DNA of 64,000 bases from the human T2T-CHM13v2.0 reference genome, Homo sapiens. Shown here in pieces: positions 14,722 through 28,589 of the stretch (position 1 is its first letter; every line of letters begins with the position of its first letter). The stretch lies in assembly GCF_009914755.1 (NCBI RefSeq), contig NC_060928.1. One strand, given 5' to 3'. The position numbers and the translations under genes were made by a program. The notes under the pieces were generated by a model. That model worked only from the letters and a program-made list of their open reading frames with translations. It was not told the origin of the DNA and did no database searches.

Positions 14722-15109
14722 TATCTGTTAATGAAAAATTATTGTGTTATAAAAATTAACAAAAATGCCCCGTAACATGGCCACTCCCAAACCTAAAGGT
14801 ATCCACAGTTAAGTACCAGACATGACAATTACAATGTTATAATATTCTGTGTATACATACCTATGCATTTATATTTAATGCATTATGTAAATATGTATAC
14901 CCACATAAAATGTAAAAGTGCTTATATTTATACATATGTGAGAGAGTTTGCATATACGTATCCATATGTACATAAGTGCCATCTCAGCTGAATTGTAGAA
15001 GATGTAAATAGTTGATTTATATTCTGATGCAAGCTCCTTATAGCATCATAGATGGATTGGTAGCAAACTACTTTAGACCATCTCTGAGCAGCACTGATCC
15101 AGACAAAAG

Positions 15110-15670
15110 GCTGAATGTATCAGAAGACTGAGAGGTGAAAGAGGAAATCGCTTATTTGAGTACTATGAAAGCATTATGTGTAGCTGCAGCACAGGACACA
15201 AAGACAAGAATAGTTGAAAGGGGCGAAGCTGAAGAGATAGAAAATGGATGCGATTTTGAGGTCTTGGGATAATTTTGCTTAAGATTTTGAATAACTGTTG
15301 ATAAATTATTCCAGTAGGTGATATTATCTAATTTGCATTTTGGAATGCAACTTTGTCATGGTATGGAGATTAACTGGAGGGGAATAAGGCTGGATTTGAA
15401 GAAAATAATAGACATCCAAATGAGATATCACTATTATAAATAATCACCAGGGGGATGAAAATGACATAATATAAAAATAGATTGGATTTTGCAGTGGGAA
15501 GTTCAGAGAAATGGAATGGATGATCTTCAAGGTTCTGGTTTATCTTTTGATATAACACTGTCGCTTAATAAAGACAGAGAAAAAAGTTTAACGTAGTTGA
15601 AATAATAATGAGATCGATTTTCAACTTTGTAGTTTAAATTGTTCATATAGCTTTACAAGCAGATTATTGT
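15110..15670 (-). mobile_element. Highly diverged L2 fragment
   Basis: Purine-rich L2-like stretches (ATCTAATTTGCATTTTGGAATG.., GGATGATCTTCAAGGTTCTGG). Confidence 0.55.
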
Positions 15671-15711
15671 GAGTTTGTTCAGATATTTTCTCACTGTGAA
15701 AATGCACATCA

Positions 15712-15976
<265 letters not shown>

Positions 15977-16391
15977 AAATACACATCAGTACGATAGTTT
16001 CCTGCATTCAAATAATGGCATGTGTATATTGTTTAATCCCATCATCTTGAAATTACCATGTTTGATTAGATAAGAATGAATAAAATCTCTGATTTTTCCA
16101 AAATATATATAATAAAGATGAAATCTTTCAAATATGTAGACCAAGTTACTCCAACCAAAATTCCTCATTTTTCTACTCTTCTGTTAGTAAGGAAGGTGAA
16201 GTTTAATTTAGATGACCAATTAAATAACTCATTGGCAATCAGGTAAGTTGTTTCTATGTCTAAGAACACATTTTTTGAAACATGTTTTAGTAAAATATTT
16301 TGGCAAGTTTAAATGAAAATTACCAGTCCCATATAAGTGGTCTGCTTTTAACAAGTTGTTTTGGTATTAGTATTGTCATTGTATCACTTGC

Positions 16392-16430
16392 CTGCGTGTG
16401 TGCGTCTGTGTGTGTGTGTGTGTGTGCACG
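16392..16430. repeat. Interrupted (TG)n microsatellite
   Basis: Direct reading. Confidence 0.9.
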
Positions 16431-16935
16431 CATTTGCTAAAATCTATTCCAAAATAAACAGCGTGACAGATACCATCTTTCTACTTTCTACATTTGTTCT
16501 ACTTGTTTGCCTATCAGGATCTTAGAATTTAGATTCATCACTGATGAGATAATTCTCTCAAATACATATACATATTTATTTACACATTGATGTTTATAGC
16601 ATAATTTTGTCTGTTATTATGTTGTTTTAATCATAATTTATTGCATATTTCAAAATAGAAGAATTGTCATGTTCGCAAAGAAAAGTGTAAAAAATACATT
16701 TTTTTTTTACAAAACTGCTTAAAAGTTTGTTTGACACAACATACTCACAAATTTGCTATCTAAGTTGTAATCCCACAAGATGCTACATTATTGTCATTGA
16801 GAAGAGTAAAGTGGCCCTCAGTTCAAAGAGAGATTGGGAACTGTCTGCAAAACTAAAAAAGAACGTGTAGTTCCCTTAGAATCATTTGTGTTTAAAATAT
16901 TAACTATTCATCTCTGAAGTCTGTTTTAAACATTT

Positions 16936-17284
<349 letters not shown>

Positions 17285-19234
17285 TTAGGTTACTTTACCA
17301 CCCCCAAGTGCTCCCAATTGTTTACTTGCGGGTAAAACTTGCAACAAATACTTAGATAGATCAATTACTGTATGTTGCTTTCTTTCTAAGTGTCAGTCTT
17401 TCAGTTCTGTAGACTGTTTAGTTTGATTCAAAGTAGTAATTGGTAGATTTACTGGAATCAGGAATTACTGGAACCTCATCATCAGAGCAAAGATGCCAGA
17501 CATTTTTTCTCTAGACTCATTTATCAGACATACATTCATTTACAACCCTTCCGGCTTGGCAGATAGGAGTGTTGGCATTACGAAAGGACTACACTAATCC
17601 CTATCTCTGTTGACGTATAAATTGTTCCTTCTAAAAACAAGTTTACTTGGGCTAACTATGATATTTCATCTTGCTTAAGAGACATTGACCCATTCTTCAG
17701 TCTGAATTTTAGACAATCACAGAAACATCATCTTTAAGAATGTTTTTTTTTTTGATAAATTACTACTTGTTGATTGGAATTAAATAGCTTACATTTTCTT
17801 GCCCAAAGCTGGAAATGTGTACATTTGCGTATTTGAATTCATTTGCTGACCAGAATTGTCCGTTCTCTCTACCTCCAGTCAGAATATAACTTTTAGATTG
17901 TAATTAAATTTTAAAAGTCCGCTGATCTTTGTAGAATCTTAGAGGTTTGATGATGGTGTTGGTGAAAATAAGAAAGAATTGCAGTAAAATCCTGTCTAAT
18001 GACTCAAATATCACTGTGACTGGAGGCACAAATCACTGTGGGGAGATAATTTTTGTCATGAAAAGGCAGCATTTGAATACTCCTATTACTAGCAGAAATA
18101 TATTATAAAAATTAAGATTTTTGTCTGATTGAAACTTGAAACAACTCCTCTCTTTACTAGCAACATCATAAGATAGTTACTAATAAACTGTTAGAAGAAG
18201 GTATGATAGTTTTTATCAAGCTTTCCTCATTTTGATTTGTGGCTGTTACTGATCTTTTATTTGTGGAAATATTCATATCTCTTCTGTTAAAAATAACATT
18301 AAATAAATTTTAATTTAAAAATTTACAAAAAAGTAAAACATTTGATTTAAAAGGATATTTTATAATAAATCCATGGGAAGAAAAGCAAACTTACATAGTG
18401 AAAGGGAAAGAAATTGTTCTAGTACTAAGATTTGGACATAAACCTTGAGATGTCCCATAAATGGATAGAAAAATTTTCTTAAATAAATCTATTTTATTTT
18501 TTAAGATAAATGAAGCAGGATTTCTAGATTAAGTTCTGGTCATGTTGATAATGTGACTATTGCAGACAAGAGTCTGTGTGTGACATTTTAAGATTATCAC
18601 GGCACTAAGTAAATGAACACATACATATATACAGCAATCCAGAAACAAAGAATGAGACTCAAGGATGTCACTGCATTGGAATAAAACTGTATTTTAAAGG
18701 AAGAGAGAGTTGGTAGTGCTGGCTCTCAGTATCAGGAGCTTCAGCAGTAGAAGGTAACAGCAATTGGAAGTAAGGAACTTGCACTAAGGCCTTAGGAAGC
18801 AATAAGAAGCAGTTGTTTATGGTCTTAACGTGTGTGATCTTGAGCCCAAGGAAAAAATATTTAATAATAATAAGGTAGATTCTCTAATCTCACTGAATAC
18901 CTCTGCAATGGAAAGCATAAAGGGAAAGGGGATTTAAAACAAAACACAAGTAAACTCCTAACGATAAAAGAAAACTTATCCAAAACATGTCTGTTTACTT
19001 ATTTTGGGCAGGGGCCCAGAATTCTTATGAATAGTTAAGAAGACACTTCTGAGTATGACTTAAACTTTTCCCAATTTCAGGGACAAGAGTTACTGAAAGA
19101 GGACTACTATTCATTATTGGGAATGTAATTCTATAATTCTGTTTTTATCTTGAATTTGGATTGTTTGAAGAGTCTGGATTATACATGGCCTGAAATCATC
19201 TTAATGGAGCAATTGATATCATGGTGTCAAAATA

Positions 19235-19565
19235 CCATCATGCATTGCTTATTGATGGGGATACATTCTGAAAAATATGTCCTTAGGTGATTTTGACCTT
19301 GTGCAAATATCATAGTGTATACTCACCCAAATCTAGAGTATATAGCCTACCACACACACTTAGGCTATGTGTGACAGCCTATTGCTTGTAGGCTACAAAC
19401 CTGTTCAACATGTCATTGTACCAAATACTATAGGTAATTGGAACACAATGGGAAGTATTTATATAATAAGAACTTTTCAGCAGCTCCATCATAATCTTAT
19501 TGGACCACCATTGTTCTATATGCAGCCCATTGTTAACCAAAATGTTGTTATTCAGCACATAGTTG
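19235..19565 (+). mobile_element. Tigger3 (MER7-type) non-autonomous DNA transposon
   Basis: Decayed CAGTCATGC termini flanked by TA; internal GGCTACAAACCTGT and ATAATCTTAT.GGACCACC. Confidence 0.88.
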
Positions 19566-19871
19566 TACATGGTGCTATGGAGATGCAATTGTGAAAATAT
19601 GGGACTCTGAATAAGTCTATGAATCTGAGATATAGAAAAATTAGTCATTAGTTGAATATTTTGGTTTTTTCAGAAATTTATAATATATATGGTTACTATA
19701 CAGGGCTGAATACTAAGAATGAATTGGTAACAAAATTACTGCTTTACTTTTGAAAATGCAAATGTGGAAATATTTGAACAGAAAGTAACAGTTAAATGGT
19801 AGTTAGGTAAAATTATATTTCGAAAAAGCACATGTAACTTCAGCTTCACAGATCTATTTTTTTTTAGTTAA

Positions 19872-20380
<509 letters not shown>

Positions 20381-21429
20381 TTAAAGTGGTTTATTGTGAG
20401 GAATTGGTATAAGGTAAAAATATTAAAATATTTTTAGGTGAAAAGCTCATTTTGGAGCTAACAAGAAATTCAGCTATGAGAAAACTAAGAAAAATATGCA
20501 ATGTTATCACATAGGTAAAGATCAAGGGTGAGGGTCTACGAAGAAAATAAAAAAGCAAGTCACATGATGGAAGAAAATATTGTGACAAAGGACTGATATG
20601 CAGAATTTATCATATAAAATATATACATAAAAATCTCATTTTAACTTAAAATAACTTTTTATTTTTTGTTTTGTTGGGTTTAATAAATATATTTTAATAT
20701 TTGACTTCCTCCTGAATTAAGCATAATATGACATACTATGGCTAAAACTAAAAGACTTAAAAATTTACAAAAATATGTAAGAAAAAGTTAAAAATGTAAA
20801 GCAAATATTGAGGATTTCTGGCTCCTTAAATAAAGGGTCTCACAGAATGTGCGTTTATGTATTAGGAAAAACTGGAGCTGGGAATGAAAATTTGGGAATG
20901 AAAATAGAAGCAGAAACATATATGGAGACAAACTCTGAAAATGAGTAATTTACCATGTTTTCTTTGTCCTGAATATGCATTTCCCAGTAGACACAGGGGA
21001 GCTGTAATTTTCCAAGTGAACTTTAAAGGTCAATATAGGAAGTTTCAGCCGATGAAAAATGCCATGTAATATTTTATAGCGTTTCATTATGCCAGTTGCA
21101 GTGATCATGTTTATTATTAATATGACTACCATTACCAATAAAAATAGTAATAATGTCCTATAATGGAGACATAATAGATTTATATAATTTAAATTTGTAT
21201 TTGATTTATAGATCATAAATTTGGATGTAGTAGGTTCAAATACATCACTTCTCCTGCTTGAGCAAGTACACAATATTTCTAAGTATCAGCCAATCTTAAT
21301 ACATAAATGAATCTCAAATATAAATATATATAATTCCTTTATTTAAAGAAATAAACATTAAATATACATAAGAAATATACAAAACATTAATATCTCATGT
21401 ATATACCAAAAAGGTCCTATAAGTCCGCT

Positions 21430-23110
21430 GTGACATGACAAAACGTGCTCATCACCCCAGAAAATTCTCCTTTGCTCCTTCCTCAAGTAATTTAATTCAA
21501 ACTCAGCAATGTTCCATTTACTGTCACTATAGATTCAATCTCAATTTCTAGTTTCATCTAGAGTTTTATCATGTAGTATGTACTCCTATGTAAATAAATA
21601 TCAGTTTTAACGATTTCATGGACATTTTCCCAAAACCAACCATTGATATTATATTTTCCCTTTGTCCCTGTTTATTATTTCATTAACTTTCCCTCACTAC
21701 TATTTTTTAACAAATATATCGAGTTTAAATTGTTACTTTAGTTTTTTAGGTTCTTAAATTACAAGTTTAGTTGTCTTGAGACTTTTATTCTTTTCTAATA
21801 CGAGCATTTACATTTTCTAATACATTTAAATTGTTATTTTGGTTTTGTAGGTTCTTAAATTACAAGTTTAGTTGTCTTGAGACTTTTATTCTTTTCTAAT
21901 ACGAGCATTTACTTTTGATACTTTTTATTTTAATTATTTAAATATTTTATAAATTCCTTTGCAAATTTTTACTTAACATAAGTTATGAGAAGTGTGTTGT
22001 TTAACTTCCAATATTTAGAGATTTTATAGGTATCTATTTGCTATTAATGTCTGATGTAATACTTTTGTAGTCAGAGAAGAAAACTCCATATGATTTCAAT
22101 ACAAATTCATTGGGACTTACTTGATGGTTTAGTATACAGTCTTATCTTGGTGAATGTACCTAAAATAACGTATACTCTGATGGTTCTGAATGGAGTGTTT
22201 TATAAAGATCAATTAAGTTGGTTTAAGGAATGATATTATTCCTGTCCTTTATATATTTATTGAATTTTTAAGTTATCACATACTGAGAGAACAAGTTCTG
22301 AAATGATCTCAATCTACAATTACAGATTTGTATATTTCTTCTTTCTCTTCTGTCAGTTTTTCTTTCATGTATTTTGAAGCTCTATTGTTAACTGTATATA
22401 CATTGCAGATTCTGGCCTTTGTAAAATAACATTATTATGATTATTAAACTATTTCTTATGCCTGGTAATATTCCTTGTTCTGAAATCTATTATATCTGAC
22501 ATTAATATAGCCACTCTTACTTTCCTATTATTAATGTTTATTCATTGTATTTTATTCTATTTAAAGAATTTTAAACTTTTGTTGTCCATATTACCACTGT
22601 TTCTTTTCATAATACAGCTGGGTCTTTGTTTTTATCCATTTGGGCAATCTCTATCTTATATTTGTAACATTTCACCCAACTGTATTTAATGTATGTTCAA
22701 AACTATTGACTTTAAACATATCAAACTGTTTTCCATTTCCCGCATCTTTTTGTTTTTGTCTGTCTGCCTTCCTTTAGATTAACTGAACATTTTTATTATG
22801 ATATAAAATCAAAATTATTTGATTAATATTTGTACTTTTTGTTTTATTTTTATTGGTTGCTTTAGGATTTACAATACACAACTTTATCACAGTCTAGCTT
22901 CAACTAATATCATTTATGCGATTTTTAGCATATCTTTTAGTTCAACATGTGTTACAAATGTTGGAAAGCATAACATATATATATGTTTTATATAACTTTA
23001 GTCAGTTTTACTTTATAAAAGTTAAAAAGTGAAGAGTATTTTATATTTACTTTACCATTTTTGACACTCTTCATTCCTTGAAATAAATACAAACATCTGT
23101 CTAATATTCT
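21430..23110 (-). mobile_element. Ancient L1 (L1ME/L1MD-like) fragments
   Basis: T-rich reverse L1 ORF2 signatures, e.g. TTCATGTATTTTGAAGCTCTATTGTTA and ACATTAATATAGCCACTC. Confidence 0.75.
21724..21912. repeat. 88-bp tandem duplication with a 13-bp spacer
   Basis: 21724-21811 vs 21825-21912, 3 mismatches. Confidence 0.95.
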
Positions 23111-23235
23111 CTTAGTGTAGTATAATATCAGGTGATGATGTTTAACAGTTTCTGCCATATTATAAATGTTTTTATATAAATGATAGTTGGTTAAGATACT
23201 TTAATGGCAATGCTTATCATAAAAAGGAATGTTTA

Positions 23236-23525
23236 GGCCAGGAGCAGTTGCTTATGCCTGTTATTCCTGCACTTTGGGAGGCTGAGGTGGGCGGATCACT
23301 TGAGGCCAGGAGTTGAGAGAAGCCCGGCCAACTTGGTGAAACCCCATCTCTACTAAAAACGCAAAAGTTATCTGGGCTTGGTGTTGTGTGTCTGTAGTCC
23401 CAGCTACTCGGGGGCTGAGACAGGAGAATCACTTGAACCTGGTAGGTGAAGGTTTCAGTGAGCCAAGATGGCATCACTGCACTCAAACCTGGGAAACAGA
23501 GTGAGATTCTGCCTCAAAAAAAAAA
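23236..23525 (+). mobile_element. Old AluS (Sz-like)
   Basis: Complete dimer with A tail; GAGGCCAGGAGTT and GGAGAATCACTTGAACC. Confidence 0.93.
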
Positions 23526-25439
23526 GTTTGACAATGACCATAAAAATTAAAGTAAATATATGATTTTATACATAAAATGTAGCTTAACCAACATATTTGT
23601 TTATAAAGAAAGTTAGTATCTATTCTCTATCCGACAATTTTTAGGAAAGATTATTCTTTCTGTTAATTTGACAGGTAATCTTCTCTTTTTACTTTTCTCT
23701 CTCTTTTCTATATATTTCTTTTTATGCTCTCTTCTATAGCATTAAGGATTTTTTTCCATTTAAATGGACCCTATTAATAAACATCACCATTTAAAATTAG
23801 ATAGCAGGCTTCTTTAGAACAGATTTGCTTCCATGTGCCATAATGCAAGGGGCAAATCTGGCTGAGTTTCTTTTTAGGTTGGGGCTAAGGCTGAAACCCT
23901 AGCCCTATAATTATTTCCACCACTGTCCCCCAGATTCATAAGCCCTAGGCTTGAGATCTTTTTCTTTTATTGTTAACAATTTGGGAACTACTACAATTCA
24001 TATGCGTGTTAAATAAATATTTGTTAATTTGGTAGATCAAGCTTGGCCATTTTTTTTCTAGCTTGTGGAGGGATATGAAAGAGTAATTGTGTGATCATAG
24101 TAGCAGAAAAAAGAAGTCTCAGTGAGTAGGAAAACAACATACAAAAGCAACACAATAGGAACATTATGGAAATGGCAGCAGGTAGTACTGAGTTCAGCAG
24201 TAAAGTATTGAGTTATCACTCCAGGGCTTTGTCTGGTCTGGTTGTTAAACGTAAATTAGCATTTTTGAAATAAATATACTGCTTTAAAATGTTTGCACAG
24301 TTAAAAACGAAGAAAGAAATAAAAGCTTAAAAAAGACATATTAATTTTCCTGCTAATTTAATCAACAAATAGGTGAGACGTTAATTTGAAAAAAATTAGG
24401 AAATATGAACTGATGTATCCCCAGAATTGTTGCATGGGTCACAGTGTTATTCATCTTTCATAGTGTTGCAGGGCTATAGAAATACATTTTACATTCATTG
24501 GAAATATAAATGGTAGGTCATTATTTTTTGAAAATTTTTATAAATTTTTTAAATCACTAGTGTATGCACCTTCTTTGATGAGTTCAATGATTTTCTACAC
24601 CTGACTACATTTTCCTGCACATTTCCTTCTGTTTTATAATTTCTTACTCAGACCATCCTGCTGTTTCTCCTGCTATGAGGTGGTTTGCTCTAAGCTGATA
24701 AATATCTGGAGCTCAAACACTCCTTGCTAACTCTGTTGCTCTCAGAGCTGCTACTGTAAATCACTTTCTTAATTTAGGCATAATTTTCCTACTCTTATCA
24801 CTTTACTGCTGCCTCTGGGAGCAACACTAGCTCACTGAGTAGCTACAGTATTCTATTCTTAAGAAAGAGCATTGATTAAATAAATTATTTCTGTCATAGG
24901 AAAACCAATGTACTGGCGGAAAAGTAAAAATTATAATACATTTCTGCTGTTTCTTCAATCACTAGATGCTGCCTTTTTCTCTCCAATTTCTCAGAGATTA
25001 ATTTATGAAAGATCCCCACCCGTTACTTTGATTCCTAATCAATTAAGCTAATGTAGGTATTATTTAAATTTATGTTGTTTTCTTATACTTATTTAAGGCA
25101 ATGCTAAGCATTCATTTATTCCTCATCAGCAACAGGCTCCCTTCTGGTCCCCCTTCCCTTTGCATTTAGCTTCCTGCTGCACTCCTGAGCAATGCATTCT
25201 TTCCACTACTTAAAGATGATCCCTAAGCTTATCTTCCAGCTTAGGCGCTTGAATTCCATTAATAAACCAGGAAGACCTGACGATTTCCCCAGGGTGGTTC
25301 ACCTTCTATTTAGGAATCAGAAATAAACTGAACAAACATAATAACTAGAAGCATAGTAAATAATAGAAACAACAAAATTGCTAAGTTTGATAATAAAATA
25401 ATGGGGTATAACTTCTGGCGGGGTGATTAGAACAACTTG

Positions 25440-25600
25440 TCTGAGTAGATAGCATTAAAGCAGAGTTCTGAAGAATATGCAGGAATAGACAGGTAGAATG
25501 AGAGGGACACACAAAGAAAAAGCATGGGCATGAAACAGACCGTAAATGACTTGTTGAGAAACAGTGAAATTGTCTTAAGGTGCCTTGCTCTGAGATGTTA
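25440..25600 (-). mobile_element. Probable L2 fragment
   Basis: Purine-rich L2-like sequence; very diverged. Confidence 0.4.
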
Positions 25601-26461
25601 AAACATGACAAATAGAAACATATTTTGAAATATCAGTTGTGGCAAAATTTTCTTGATCCCTTTTAGATTTTGAGCATTCCATCTTTGTCTGTGTAATGTA
25701 TTTTTCTATTAGGTATGAAACTTGGTCTGTGTTTCCCTGAAGTGAACTGAGAATAGCTGGGTTAAAGAATTAGTTAATGTGAGTTTAACACCGTGATACA
25801 TAAACTCTGACATCTCAGTGTCTTAAGTGAATTAGTTCATTAACACTGAGAAGTGTGGCTTAACACTGTCACATAAAGTTTATTGTGGGAGTTCTGATCA
25901 ATAGAGTTATTCAGGAACCCGTACTGATGGGAACTTCTACCTTCTTTGACATTTGACTTCTCATATTACTTTAAATAAATTTTTTTTAAAAAGATGTCAA
26001 ATGGAGAGGAAGAAAAGTTTGCAAAGTTTTCTTGGGACTTAGCCTGAAATGAGCTTTCAAAATTTGGACACATGACCACAACTAATTGCAAGAAAGCTGT
26101 GAAATGAACACTCAAAACAATATGCCAAGTTTAAAGAATACTTAGCCATTTTCTGAGCCAATAAATGATAGTTTCTTTTCAATGTAACTGGAATTTTTTC
26201 TGAGAGCAACTATCTTTTTCAAGAACACTGTATAAAACACAAAAATAAAATTTCATGGATTCTTTTATATTCTGGATGTATTATAAAATGTTATTCAAAA
26301 TCTACCTTATTACATCATGTTATGAAATATTTATTTTAAATATAATCAATCAAATCCCATTTTATATTTTCAATTATTTAATATACCCTATCTCATATTA
26401 GTAAAAACCAACTTCTAAACTTATGAATGTGTGAGGGTATACTTATCATGGTAAGAGAGGC

Positions 26462-26814
26462 TGTATTAGTCTGTTCTCACACTGCTAATAAAGACATACT
26501 CGAGACTGGGTAATTTATAAAGGAATGAGATGTAATTGACTCACAGTTCCACATGGCTTGGGAGGCCTCACAATCTTGGCAGAAGGTGAACAAGAAGCAA
26601 AGTCATGTTTTACATGGCGGCAGACAAGGTGGCATGTACAGGGGAACTCCCCTTTATAAAATCATCACATCTTATGAGAATTATTCACTGTCATGAGAAC
26701 AGCACACTCCCATGATTCAATTACCTCCCACCAGGTCCCTCCCACAACATGTGGGAATTATGAGAACTACAATTCAGGATGAGATTTGGGTGGGGATACA
26801 GTCAAACTATATCA
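26462..26814 (-). mobile_element. THE1 solo LTR (THE1C-like), nested in an older MLT1-like LTR fragment (~26445-26945)
   Basis: TGTATTAGTCTGTTCTCAC..GAGATTTGGGTGGGGATACAGTCAAACTATATCA; flanks rejoin into an MLT1-like GGC|TATGTTGCAATAAC. Confidence 0.92.
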
Positions 26815-26970
26815 TGGGCTATGTTGCAATAACTGACAACACTAAACTCTGACTTGCTTATCACAACAAAAATCACATCTCAATCATCTTATATAGCCAT
26901 TAAGGGTCATTGAAAAGGGTCTGCTTCACACAGTCATTCAGAGAGTTTGTATCAAATAGGCTTCTTTGGT

Positions 26971-28191
26971 TTATTTTACTTCACATAATGTTCTCAAGGT
27001 TCCTCATGTTGTCACAAATAACAGTATACTACCTCTTTTAATGGCTGAATAGTATTCCATTGAGGATATGTAGCATATTTCTTTATCTATTCATCCCTTC
27101 ATGGACACATAGGTTGATTCCATATCTTGACTATTGTGGTAAATAGTGGAGCAATAAGCATGAGAATGAAGATATTGCTTCAACCTACTGATTTTATCTC
27201 CCTTGAATATATAGTTGACCCTTCAACAACACAGGTCTGAACTGTATGGATCCACTTATATAGGGATTTTTTTCTGTAAAAGTTACACCCAGGGTGACTG
27301 ACTCTCCTGACTACCCTTAAACCTCCTCTGACTCTTCTGCGTCTGCCACACCTGAGACAGCAAGACTAACCTCTCCTTCTCCTATCCCTCAGCCTACTCA
27401 AAATAAAGACAATGGAGATGAAAGCCTTTATAATGGCCTACTTCAACTTAATAAATAGTAAACATATTTTTTCTTCCTCATGATTAACTTAATAACATGT
27501 TATTTTCTCTAGCTTATTTTATTGTAAGAATACATCATATAATACTTATACAAAATATGTGTTAATTGACTATTGTCAGTTAGGCTTCTGGTCAACAATA
27601 GGCTATTACAGTTAAGTTTTGGGGGAGCCAAAATTTATACACTGATTTTTTTTAATGTGGAGGGATTCAGTGCTCCTAACCCCTATGTTGTTCAAGGGTC
27701 AACTGATACTCAGTAGTGGGACTGTTGGATCATATGGTGGTAATAGCCAAGTGAAGTAAGCCAGGCACAGAAAGAAAAATAGTGCAAGATCTCACTCATA
27801 TTTGAAATCTTAAAAAGTTGAACTCACAGAAGTAGAAATAGAGGGCAGAATGTTGCTTACCAGAAGCTGGAGCAGTTGGGAAGGGTGGAAGTGAGGCATG
27901 GGGCAGATATTTGTCAAAGAATACAAAATTAGTTAGATAGGAGGAATAAATACTAGAGATCGATTGTACAGCATGATGACTATGGTTAATGATGATACAT
28001 TATATTTCTGAGAAATGCCAAGAAACTGGATGTTAAATGTTCTCACCACAAAAAATGATAACTATGTGAGGAACACACGTTAATTATCTAGACTTAACCA
28101 TTCCACAATGTATATACATTTCAAAACATATTGTACACAAGTACATACAATTTTATCTGTCAATTTAAACAAATTAATTAAAAAGTTTTAA
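26971..28191 (+). mobile_element. 5'-inverted L1MA (MA7/8-like) 3' end: inverted part 26971-27742, sense part ~27746-28191
   Basis: Orientation switch near 27744; TSD AAATAGGCTTCTTTGGT (26954-26970) / AAATAGTCTTCTTTGGT (28192-28208). Confidence 0.88.
27212..27705 (+). mobile_element. Tigger2 deletion derivative (Tigger2a/2b-like) nested in the L1
   Basis: TIRs TAGTTGACCCTTCAACAACA / TGTTGTTCAAGGGTCAACTG; L1 sequence resumes on both sides. Confidence 0.92.
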
Positions 28192-28589
28192 AAATAGTCT
28201 TCTTTGGTCTAAGTGGTGAAGAGTGAGTTACATACATGTAGAATACCTGTATTTGGGGGTGGAGTTTTTAGGAAGTAATTCAGAGTAGGTTAGGTCAAGA
28301 AGGTGGATCCTAGGTATGACTGATTATTGTTCTTACATGTGCAAATTTAATTACAAGATTTTTCTTAAAGTTCCCTTTAAAAACTGGTCTAAAAACTTTG
28401 CTAATAGTTTCTCCTGGTAGGATTTTGAAAATGTATATATGGTGTTTTTTTAAATTAATCTGTTCCCACATCTTTCTAGACCAATTTGGAGTTAGAAGGG
28501 GACATGTACCTTACTCTGAAAAGTGGGCTATAAGTGAAAGTGATATAAATTCTACATATATGCAACAAGGGAAAAGTGATTTCTGAAGG

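Noticed and set aside
26640-26654. Palindrome AGGGGAACTCCCCT
   Set aside because: Intrinsic to the THE1 LTR consensus
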